Below are positions 1-7,729 of a DNA stretch of 43,831 nt, piece after piece. The notes beneath the pieces are model-generated. The model did not search any database. It was not told where the DNA came from and worked only from the letters and a program-made list of their open reading frames with translations. This DNA comes from Gemmatimonadota bacterium (GTDB lineage Bacteria > Gemmatimonadota > Gemmatimonadetes > Palauibacterales > Palauibacteraceae). Both the position numbers and the translations under genes were made by a program. The stretch's first letter is position 1. Each line of letters begins with the position of its first letter. The stretch lies in NCBI GenBank assembly GCA_046758745.1, contig JBHIAV010000022.1, forward strand, positions 1-43,831. Direction: 5' to 3'.

Positions 1-813
1 AGGGCGCTCTTCGCAGGCCTGGGGACGGGCGTGCTGCTCCACGCCGCCTACGTGGTGGCGTTCACCGACCACTACACCTTCTGGCGCTGGTACTACGTGC
101 CCGGCGTGCTGAACATGGCCTTCCTGCTGGCGTTCGGGCTCGAGTCGGCGGCGGGGAGGGCCACGACCCGTGTGGGAGCGAGGTGGGTCCGGGGGGCGGC
201 GGCCGCCGGGGCGACGGCGCTCGTCGCGGCGGGGCTGGGCTACGGTTGGCTGAAGGCGCTCGACCCCTCCACCCTGGGACCGTGGGCCCTGCCGAAGCGG
301 GTGAACGAGTACCGGTGGCCGGACGAGCTCGGACTGTGGATGCGGCGGAACCTGCCGCCCGGCAGCGGCGTGCTGGCGTATGACTACCCGGGCTCGCTCG
401 GTTTCCATTCCGGTCTCCGCATCCTTCCCGCCGACGGGCTCATCAACGATTTCGCGTACAACGACGAGATCTTGGGCCGTGGGATCGAGGCGTACCTGTG
501 CGAGAAGGACGTCCGCTTCTACCTCGGGCCCGTCGTCACCGAGCCGGCCGAGCTGGGCCCCCGGGGCGAGCTGAGAGCGCTGCCCCCCGAGGGAGGCTGG
601 CGGCGGATCGTGGTGACGGCGCCCCTGTACCGGAAGCCGGCAGGCTCCTTCCGCGTCGCCGATTCGGACCTCGTGGTTCGCGTCCCGGCGGTCGTCCGCT
701 CGCCCGAACGGGCGCCGGAGCTGGCCATCTGGAAGGTGGCGGCGGCGTGCTTCGAAGGTGAGGGCAGGGTGCTTCGGCCGGCCGGCCCGGCCGAGAGCAC
801 GGCCGCGCGGTGA
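1..813 (+). CDS. C-terminal part of an integral membrane protein, possibly a GT-C-type (lipid-linked sugar) glycosyltransferase; 5'-truncated by the window
   Basis: Frame is open from base 1. Hydrophobic helices with a WRWYYVP motif are followed by a soluble domain (PGSLGFHSGLRILPADGLIND). Lies directly upstream of the UbiA/DprE genes. Confidence 0.55.
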   Translation, partial: RALFAGLGTGVLLHAAYVVAFTDHYTFWRWYYVPGVLNMAFLLAFGLESAAGRATTRVGARWVRGAAAAGATALVAAGLGYGWLKALDPSTLGPWALPKRVNEYRWPDELGLWMRRNLPPGSGVLAYDYPGSLGFHSGLRILPADGLINDFAYNDEILGRGIEAYLCEKDVRFYLGPVVTEPAELGPRGELRALPPEGGWRRIVVTAPLYRKPAGSFRVADSDLVVRVPAVVRSPERAPELAIWKVAAACFEGEGRVLRPAGPAESTAAR

Positions 814-832
814 GGGACGGGGAGGCGGACGG

Positions 833-1723
833 ATGAGCGGCCGAGGGGACGGCGCCGGCCACCTGGTGCGGGCGCTCCGGCCGCTTCACTGGACGAAGAA
901 CGCCCTCGTCTTCGTGCCGGCCGCCATGGCCCACGAGATCACCGACCCTTCCGTTCTCATCGACGGGGCGGTGGCCTTCCTCTCCTTCTGCCTGTGCGCC
1001 TCCGGGGCCTACCTGATCAACGACCTGGCGGACATCGAGTTCGATCGGCGGCATCCGCGAAAGCGGCACCGGCCGATTGCCTCGGGGGCCGTCTCCGGGT
1101 CCGTCGCCTCGGTGCTGGCTGCCGTCTTGCTCGCCGGCGGGATTGTGCTCGGCGCGGCGCTCCCGAACGGCTTCTGGATCGTCGTCTCCGGCTACGTGGC
1201 GGCGACGCTGGCCTACTCGGCCTTCCTCAAGCGCCTGGTCCTGGTGGACGTACTGGTCCTGGCAGGGCTGTACACCCTGCGCCTGTTTGGCGGCGGGATC
1301 GGGACCCGGATTCCGCTCTCGCCCTGGCTGCTCGCCTTCTCGATGTTCTTCTTCCTCGGCCTGGCGGTGCTGAAGCGATATTCCGAGCTCCGGACGAGCG
1401 CGGCGCCCGACGGCGGCGGCCTGCGCGGGCGGGCGTATCTGAGAGCGGACATGGATGTGCTCAGGAGCGTCGGGACGGCGAGCGGCTACCTCTCCGTGCT
1501 CGTGCTCGCCCTGTACATCAACAGCGAGGCGGTCTCGGCGCTCTACACGAATGCCCTCGGACTGTGGCTCATCGGTCCGGTGCTCATCTACTGGATCACC
1601 CGTCTGTGGCTCCTCGCGCACCGCGGCGAGATGCACGAGGATCCGATCGTCTTTGCCGCCAAGGATCCGGCGAGCTACGCGGTGGGCGCGGCGATCGCCC
1701 TGCTGCTCCTGGTCGCCGCTTGA
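833..1723 (+). CDS. UbiA-family prenyltransferase, decaprenyl-phosphate phosphoribosyltransferase (DPPR synthase)-like
   Basis: Motifs RPLHWTKN, YLINDLADIEFDRRHPRKRHRPIASG and KRYSEL, with many TM helices. ATG at 833 follows GGAGG. Confidence 0.9.
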   Translation: MSGRGDGAGHLVRALRPLHWTKNALVFVPAAMAHEITDPSVLIDGAVAFLSFCLCASGAYLINDLADIEFDRRHPRKRHRPIASGAVSGSVASVLAAVLLAGGIVLGAALPNGFWIVVSGYVAATLAYSAFLKRLVLVDVLVLAGLYTLRLFGGGIGTRIPLSPWLLAFSMFFFLGLAVLKRYSELRTSAAPDGGGLRGRAYLRADMDVLRSVGTASGYLSVLVLALYINSEAVSALYTNALGLWLIGPVLIYWITRLWLLAHRGEMHEDPIVFAAKDPASYAVGAAIALLLLVAA

Positions 1724-1742
1724 GCGGCGAGGTTCCCGCGCC

Positions 1743-3071
1743 GTGACCGCCTACGAGTCCTGGGGGCGGTACCCCGCGGCCCGCCACACGCGGGTCACCA
1801 GGCTGCGGTGGCGCGACCAGCGCCTGCCGACGCCCGAGCCCGGCGCGACGCTGCTTCCCTACGGCCTCGGAAGGAGCTACGGGGACGCGTGCCTGAACGA
1901 CGGCGGCGAGCTGGTGGATACCCGGCATCTGTCGCGCTTCATCGGTTTCGATGAGGAGAGGGGCATCCTGCGCTGCGAAGCCGGCGTGACCCTGGCCGGC
2001 ATTCTCGACCTCGTGGTGCCGCGCGGCTGGTTCCCGCCCGTCACCCCCGGGACGAAGCACGTGACAGTGGGCGGGGCGATCGCCAACGACGTGCACGGGA
2101 AGAACCATCACCGGGCGGGCACGTTCGGTTGCTACGTGCCCCGCCTGGAGCTCCTTCGCTCGAGCGGCCAGCGGCTCGAGTGCTCGCCGGAGTCCAACCC
2201 GGAGCTGTACGCCGCCACCATCGGCGGGCTCGGTCTGACGGGCCTCATCGTATGGGCGGAGATCCGGCTCAAGAGGATCGACGGCCCGGCGATCGATGTC
2301 GAGAGCCTTCGTTTCGAGAGCCTGGAGGAGTTCTTTCCCCTCGCCGCCGAGTCGGACGCGAAGCACGAGTACACCGTGGCGTGGATCGACAGCCTGACCG
2401 GGGGAAGAGCGATGGGGCGCGGCCGCTTTCTGCGCGGGACCCACTCGTCCGGTGGGATCGGGTCCCGGGGGCGCCGCTCGTCCCATCGCACTCTCACCGT
2501 GCCGTTCACCGCCCCGAACTGGCTGTGCCGGCGCTTCCTCCTGCGGACCCTCAACGCCGCGTACTTCCGGGCGCACCCGCGACGCACCGTCCGGCGCCGC
2601 GTCCACTACGAGCCCTTCTTCTACCCGCTCGATCGGGTGGGCGGGTGGAACCGGATCTACGGACGACGCGGCTTCCTTCAGTACCAGTGCGTCGTTCCGC
2701 TCGGTGAGCGCTCGGCGATCGGGGAGATCCTGCTCCGGATCCGCCGTTCCGGCGAAGGGTCCTTCCTCAGCGTGCTAAAGCTGTTCGGTCCCCAGGGCTC
2801 GCCCGGCCTCCTCTCCTTTCCTCGGGAGGGGGTCACCCTGGCGCTCGATTTTCCGAATACGGGCGAGCGGCTCCTCACCCTCCTCGACGAGCTGGACGCG
2901 ATCGTGGCGGAGGCCGGCGGAGCGGTATACCCGGCCAAGGACGCGCGGATGTCCCCCGGCCGGTTCTCCTCGTTCTTTCCGCAGTGGCGCGACTTCGCGA
3001 GGTACGTCGATCCGGCTTTCTCCTCGGGCTTCTGGCGGCGCGTCACCGGGCGAGGAACCGACCGGCGATGA
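1743..3071 (+). CDS. FAD-binding oxidoreductase, DprE1-like (polyprenylphosphoryl-ribose oxidase)
   Basis: Motifs GLGRSYGDA, VTPGTKHVTVGGAIANDVHGKNHH, GGLGLTG and YPAKDARM. GTG start at 1743 inferred from the SWGRYP N-terminus. Confidence 0.88.
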   Translation: MTAYESWGRYPAARHTRVTRLRWRDQRLPTPEPGATLLPYGLGRSYGDACLNDGGELVDTRHLSRFIGFDEERGILRCEAGVTLAGILDLVVPRGWFPPVTPGTKHVTVGGAIANDVHGKNHHRAGTFGCYVPRLELLRSSGQRLECSPESNPELYAATIGGLGLTGLIVWAEIRLKRIDGPAIDVESLRFESLEEFFPLAAESDAKHEYTVAWIDSLTGGRAMGRGRFLRGTHSSGGIGSRGRRSSHRTLTVPFTAPNWLCRRFLLRTLNAAYFRAHPRRTVRRRVHYEPFFYPLDRVGGWNRIYGRRGFLQYQCVVPLGERSAIGEILLRIRRSGEGSFLSVLKLFGPQGSPGLLSFPREGVTLALDFPNTGERLLTLLDELDAIVAEAGGAVYPAKDARMSPGRFSSFFPQWRDFARYVDPAFSSGFWRRVTGRGTDRR

Positions 3072-3085
3072 AGATGAAAAGGGGT

Positions 3086-3150
3086 CGACCGGAGATGAAC
3101 CGGGGGCTCATCATCGGCGCCACCTCGGCGATCGCGGAAGCGACGGCGAG
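3086..3150 (+). repeat. Direct repeat copy 1 (65 bp), a duplicate of the 5' end of the DprE2-like gene
   Basis: 62/65 identical to 6773-6837 by manual alignment. Confidence 0.95.
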
Positions 3151-3178
3151 CCGGGTGGCGAGGGCGAGAGAACTTTGA
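3095..3178 (+). pseudogene. Truncated N-terminal stub of the DprE2-like SDR
   Basis: Encodes MNRGLIIGATSAIAEATASR, then diverges and stops. The intact gene at 6782 reads MNRVLIVGATSAIAEATARR. Confidence 0.85.
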
Positions 3179-3411
3179 CAGCGGCGCGGCTGGCCGCCGT
3201 CGGTCGGTTTCTCGGCAGGCTCGTCGCGGCGAACGCGGTGTATCATGGATATTCGCGTTTGCTGGTCGGCCTGCTCGGTCTTTTCGGGATCTCTCTGAAG
3301 GGGGCGCTCGCCCTCGCCGCGGTGGGGCGCGTCATGGGCATCCTGGTGGTCGCGGTACCCGGCGCGCTGCTGGGGCCTGAGCTGGTACCAAAGGCGGGAA
3401 AGAGCTCGTGA
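3175..3411 (+). pseudogene. Small hydrophobic ORF, probably a C-terminal remnant of a lysylphosphatidylglycerol-synthase-TM/flippase-like gene
   Basis: LVGLLGLFGISLKGALALAAVGRVMGILVVAVPGALL resembles the last helices of that family. Only 78 aa. Its stop overlaps the next start (GTGA). Confidence 0.45.
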
Positions 3412-4535
3412 GAAGCTTCCGTCGCTTCGCCCGCAGGGCCGGCCGCGTCCTGCGGACCCGGTACCCCCGGTTCGTGTTAGGTCTCCCCCTTTCCGATGGG
3501 GAGGTGCCGGCGTTCGTCTATCACGACGTGGATGGAGAGACTCTGGTGGCGGACCTGGAGTTCCTCCAGGCCAATGGCTACGCCACCCTCACCACACAGG
3601 AGTTCGTGGCGGAACAGGATAGCCCGCGACCCCGTAGGGCGGTGCTCCTCTCCTTCGACGACGCACGGCGCGAGTTTTGGGAGATCGCCTTTCCCCTGCT
3701 GCGCAAGTACCGTGCACGGGCCACGCTGTTCGCACCCACGTATTGGATCGAGGGGAACGTCGCGTCCGGTGGCGAGAACGAGGCATCCGCGCGGCCTCGC
3801 TTCATGACTTGGGACGAGCTGCGCGAGTGTGCCACGAGCGAGCTCGTGGATGTCCAGCCGCACGGGCACCGGCATGCGCTCGTGCACGTCTCCGATCGCC
3901 TGGAGGGATTCGTCACGCCTGAGCTGTTGGCGCGCTACGACATCTTTGAATGGCCGATGCGCCTGGGTGATGGGCTGGACGAGCTGGGCACCCCTCCCTT
4001 GGGCACACCGGTTTTCCAGGCTGCACCGCTCCACTCCGTGGCACGCTGTGTGCTTGAAGATGCGGACGTGGTCCAAGTGTGCCGGGCCCTCGCGGCACGC
4101 GGCGGAGGCGAGCGCTTCTTCACACGACCGGACTGGAAGATGAGGCTGAGACGGGTTTTTCGGGACGCGATGTCAAAGGCCCCACCGTTCCGCATCGTCA
4201 AGGGGGAGATGTTCCGGCAGTTGGTCGCCTCGGAGTTCCAGATGTGCGCCGAGCTTTTCGAACGCGAGCTGGGATTTTCGCCCCGCTACTTCTGCTACCC
4301 GTGGAGGCTTGGCTCCTCGCTCTCGCTCCGACTGGCAGCCGACGCCGGCTTCGTCGCAGCATTCGGGGTCGGACTCGATTTCCGGCGGGCCGGCCGTCCC
4401 GGCCCCTTGCCAACGTTCGGCCGGTTCAGGGCAGATTGGCTGCGCTTCCTACCGGGCGAAGGCAGACGGCAGTTGCGCGAGGTAGTTCCTAAAAGACTCC
4501 GCGCCCTCTTCCGTCCCGCTCACTACGCACACTGA
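3408..4535 (+). CDS. Polysaccharide deacetylase family protein (NodB-like)
   Basis: Motifs FVYHDV, LSFDDA, QPHGHRH and YFCYPW. Confidence 0.85.
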   Translation: MRSFRRFARRAGRVLRTRYPRFVLGLPLSDGEVPAFVYHDVDGETLVADLEFLQANGYATLTTQEFVAEQDSPRPRRAVLLSFDDARREFWEIAFPLLRKYRARATLFAPTYWIEGNVASGGENEASARPRFMTWDELRECATSELVDVQPHGHRHALVHVSDRLEGFVTPELLARYDIFEWPMRLGDGLDELGTPPLGTPVFQAAPLHSVARCVLEDADVVQVCRALAARGGGERFFTRPDWKMRLRRVFRDAMSKAPPFRIVKGEMFRQLVASEFQMCAELFERELGFSPRYFCYPWRLGSSLSLRLAADAGFVAAFGVGLDFRRAGRPGPLPTFGRFRADWLRFLPGEGRRQLREVVPKRLRALFRPAHYAH

Positions 4536-4558
4536 GGAGACCTCCGACACCAGGAACG

Positions 4559-5221
4559 ATGAACTTCAGCCGTACTCTCTGCGTCCTTGGGCGCGCCCTC
4601 GATCAGGACGACGGACTCGGCGTCTACGCCCAGAACCTCCTGAGGGAGCTCTTCGAGCTAGATCCGGCAACGCGCTACGTCCTCATTCTGCGAACGCCGA
4701 AGCACGCGTCACGCTTTCAGGCGTTCGGCAACGTCGAGACGTGGGTCATGCCTGCGAGGTTCAAGGCTTGGTGGGACCATGTTGTTGTGGCGACCGCGGC
4801 CCGACGTGCAAATGCGGATTTCATCTTCAATTCGAAGTTCTCGCTGTTTCTGCTCAGTCGGCGCCTCGGCGTCTTCGTGCTCCACAGGTCGGACTGGTAC
4901 GTTGATCCGCACCACTATCAATGGTGGGACAACCTGTACATCCGGATGATGCTCCCGGTATACTTTCGGAAGTCAGCGGGGGTCTGTCCGGAGGAGGCGG
5001 GCGGCGCGGCGCTGCTCGCGGTCCCCGACGACCCCGACGCCCTCGCCGAAGCGATGCTGGAGCTCACGCGGTCGCGCGCGGCGCGCGAGCGGCTTCGGGA
5101 GGCCGGGTTGCGGCGGGTCCGCGGCTTTTCATGGTGCCTGGTTGCCGAGCGCACGCTGGAAGCGTTCGACCGCGTTCGTCCGGCGGCGAGGGCCGTGCAC
5201 CGCCGGGCGGAGGTGGGGTGA
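4559..5221 (+). pseudogene. GT4 glycosyltransferase with a large in-frame internal deletion
   Basis: Collinear with 27234-28409 at both ends but jumps from YFRKS to AGVCPEE. About 172 codons are missing, including the ESFSLPLVEAM motif. Confidence 0.85.
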
Positions 5222-5324
5222 TGGCAGTCGTGCACGTGGGCTCGGGCGGAAAGCGAGACCACTCGAAGATGACCGCCGCGCCGCGGCTCCGAACCTGCGA
5301 CCGTGGGGGGGGCATCTGCCGGTG

Positions 5325-6731
5325 ATGCTGGAGAGTGCCTTTCAGGACCGACTGCTGGTCGAGCCCGTTCACGGGCGCATCTACCTGGCGCTCCAGGCGC
5401 TACGCGGCCGGCCGGTCCGGCGGTGCATCCGACGCCTCCAGCAATGGGAGAGTCTGGACCCGGCCGAATTCCGGCAGATACAGGCGGAGCGACTGCGCTC
5501 CATGCTCGAATACGCCCGGCGGCACGTGCCACTCTACCGCAGCGGGGAGTGGGGCGCGGCGCTGTCTCGATCGAGGATCGACGAAGTTGGCTCGTGGCCG
5601 GTGCTTGAGCGAGAGATCCTGCGTACCCGGCCGGACGACCTCTTGGCCAAACCCAGGAGGCCATGGCTCACCCACCGCCGGAGCTCGGCGTCGACGGGCA
5701 CGCCCATCCGGATGGCGCTGAACCTACACGCGGCGGCTTGGAGCTGGGCGAGCGAGTACCGCGCCATGCTCTGGCATGGGATCCCCATCGGTATACGCAC
5801 GCTCAAGCTCTGGGGGGAGAAGCTCCCCCTCCAGGACTGGCTGCGCGGTCAGACCACCTTCCTGACCACCGATCTCACGCCGGCCCGGCTGGAAGCGGCG
5901 GTCCGTTTTCTCTTGGAAAGGCGGCCTCGACTCGTTTGGGGTCCGGCCTCGGCCGTCTTCCACCTGGCTCGCTACCTTCGCGAGGTCTATCCCGACCTCC
6001 CGAGGCCTCTCGTACCCTTCGCCAAGGTGGGCGGAGAACAGCTCTTCCCCTTCCAGCGCGCGGAGATCGAGGCTCAGATGGCCGGCAGGGTGGTGGAATC
6101 GTACGGCTGCACGGAGGTCGGTGCTGTTGCCGGAGAATGTCCGGCCGGCTCACTGCACGTCTTCGCCGACCACGTTCATCTGGAGATCCTGTGCGACGGC
6201 GAGCCGGCGGAGGCCGGGAGATTTGGCGACATCGTGCTGACCTCTCTCACCAACCTCGCGATGCCGATCGTGCGCTGCCGCCTCGGGGACAGCGGGAGGC
6301 TGTCGCCGGAGCCGTGTCCGTGCGGCCTGCCGCATCCGGTCCTGACGGATCTGAGGGCTCGGGCGAGCGACTTGTTCCTCGCGGCCGACGGGCGCGAGGT
6401 ACACGCATCCGAGCTCGTAAACCGTCTGGGGGCCTTCTTCGGCGATCCGCGGGTCCGCGGCTGCCGCCAGGTTCTTTTTGTCCAGGCAGATCCGAGAACC
6501 TGGCGGGTGTGGGTCGAGGTGGGGGATCGGTCTCAAGTCGCGGTCCAGGGGGGAGAACGGTTCTGCGGAGCGGTCGAGGCCGGGTTGGCCAAGCTCGTGC
6601 GCGAGACCTTCGGCGCGGATTGCCGGGTGGAGACGGCGCTCGTCCGGACGATCCCCCGCGAGGTTTCCGGAAAGTATCGATACTACCGGGTCCACAACCT
6701 CCGCGGACAGGGCGGGCACGGCGAGCCGTAG
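5325..6731 (+). CDS. Phenylacetate-CoA ligase / CapK-like adenylate-forming protein
   Basis: Motifs SSASTGTP (degenerate TSGSTG), GGEQL, ESYGCTEVG, TSLTNLAMPIVRCRLGD and SGKYR. Start at 5322 or 5325. Confidence 0.8.
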   Translation: MLESAFQDRLLVEPVHGRIYLALQALRGRPVRRCIRRLQQWESLDPAEFRQIQAERLRSMLEYARRHVPLYRSGEWGAALSRSRIDEVGSWPVLEREILRTRPDDLLAKPRRPWLTHRRSSASTGTPIRMALNLHAAAWSWASEYRAMLWHGIPIGIRTLKLWGEKLPLQDWLRGQTTFLTTDLTPARLEAAVRFLLERRPRLVWGPASAVFHLARYLREVYPDLPRPLVPFAKVGGEQLFPFQRAEIEAQMAGRVVESYGCTEVGAVAGECPAGSLHVFADHVHLEILCDGEPAEAGRFGDIVLTSLTNLAMPIVRCRLGDSGRLSPEPCPCGLPHPVLTDLRARASDLFLAADGREVHASELVNRLGAFFGDPRVRGCRQVLFVQADPRTWRVWVEVGDRSQVAVQGGERFCGAVEAGLAKLVRETFGADCRVETALVRTIPREVSGKYRYYRVHNLRGQGGHGEP

Positions 6732-6772
6732 CGCCGCCCCAGGAAAGGGCGGCGGAGTCACGCCCGAGGAGC

Positions 6773-6837
6773 CGACCGGAGATGAACCGGGTGCTCATCG
6801 TCGGCGCCACCTCGGCGATCGCCGAAGCGACGGCGAG
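6773..6837 (+). repeat. Direct repeat copy 2 (RBS and first codons of the intact DprE2-like gene)
   Basis: 62/65 identical to 3086-3150. Confidence 0.95.
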
Positions 6838-7519
6838 ACGCTTCGCGAGGGGGGGCGCCCGTCTGCTCCTCGCTGGCCGCAGCGCCACGCGGCTTCGCGC
6901 CGTGGCGGACGATCTCCGGGTGCGGGGGGCGGCCCGGGTGTTCACCTTCGAGCTCGACGTCAGGGACCTCGCGCGCCACGAGGCGCTCTTCGCAGAGGCG
7001 GAGGAGCGACTCGGGGGGCTCGATGGCGTTCTCGTCGCGCACGGCGTGCTTCCCGATCAGGCGGAGTGCGAGCGGAGCGCGTCCAGCGCGGCGGAATCGC
7101 TCCTGGTGAACGGCGTGAGCACCGTCTCGCTGCTCACCATCGCGGCGACCCGCCTCGAGCGAAGCGGACGCGGCTGCATCGCCGTGCTCGGCTCGGTGGC
7201 GGGGGACCGGGGACGGAGGAGCAACTACGTGTACGGGGCCGCCAAGGGGATGCTCGATGTCTTCCTCCAGGGACTCCGCCACCGGCTCACCGGCAGCGGG
7301 GTCCGGGTCGTCACCATCAAGCCGGGTCCGGTCGATACGCCGATGACGGCGCAGCTCCCGAAGAGCTTCCTCTTCGCCGATCCCGCCGACGTCGGCGCGC
7401 GGGTTCATCGGGCCATGATCCACGCGGACGGCGTGGTGTACGTCCCGTGGTACTGGCGGTGGATCATGCTCGGGATCCGGGCGCTGCCCGAGCGAGTGTT
7501 CCGGCGGACCCCTCTCTGA
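6782..7519 (+). CDS. Short-chain dehydrogenase, DprE2-like (2-keto-pentose reductase)
   Basis: Motifs GATSAIA, SVAGDRGRRSNYVYGAAK (YxxxK) and KPGPVDTPMT. GGAG precedes ATG 6782. Confidence 0.88.
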   Translation: MNRVLIVGATSAIAEATARRFARGGARLLLAGRSATRLRAVADDLRVRGAARVFTFELDVRDLARHEALFAEAEERLGGLDGVLVAHGVLPDQAECERSASSAAESLLVNGVSTVSLLTIAATRLERSGRGCIAVLGSVAGDRGRRSNYVYGAAKGMLDVFLQGLRHRLTGSGVRVVTIKPGPVDTPMTAQLPKSFLFADPADVGARVHRAMIHADGVVYVPWYWRWIMLGIRALPERVFRRTPL

Positions 7520-7531
7520 GCCGGTCACCGC

Positions 7532-7598
7532 GCCGGCGGCCGGGGTGGGCTCGGTGCCACACCCCTGCGATCCCGACCGAGCCGACTCCCGGCCCGGC
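7532..7598. repeat. Imperfect GC-rich inverted repeat (hairpin) after the SDR gene
   Basis: GGCCGGGGTGGGCTCGGT ... ACCGAGCCGACTCCCGGCC. No U-tract. Confidence 0.45.
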
Positions 7599-7729
7599 AT
7601 GGACTTCGGGGCGGCCGGAGGCCACTGTTACCCTAGAGCAAGGGCGCTGTTGGACTGGACTGTCTCTTGCAGCGGTGTGATCGGATGGCCGAAGGATCGC
7701 ACCGCCCGGGTCGATGAGCACTGCCTGCG

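Noticed and set aside
5663-6781. Long N-terminal extensions in the ORF track (e.g. 5663, 1455, 5142, 12296, 15826, 41426 starts)
   Set aside because: They overlap neighbouring genes or the attenuator. Downstream starts with an RBS or stop-start coupling fit the family N-termini better.
3086-6837. Classifying the cassette as an autonomous mobile element
   Set aside because: No transposase, integrase or terminal inverted repeats are present; only the direct repeat is supported.
7686-7701. Additional GG-N10-GC sigma-54 candidates (7686, ~22972, ~27115, ~37454)
   Set aside because: They match poorly outside the dinucleotides, and such hits are frequent at this GC content.
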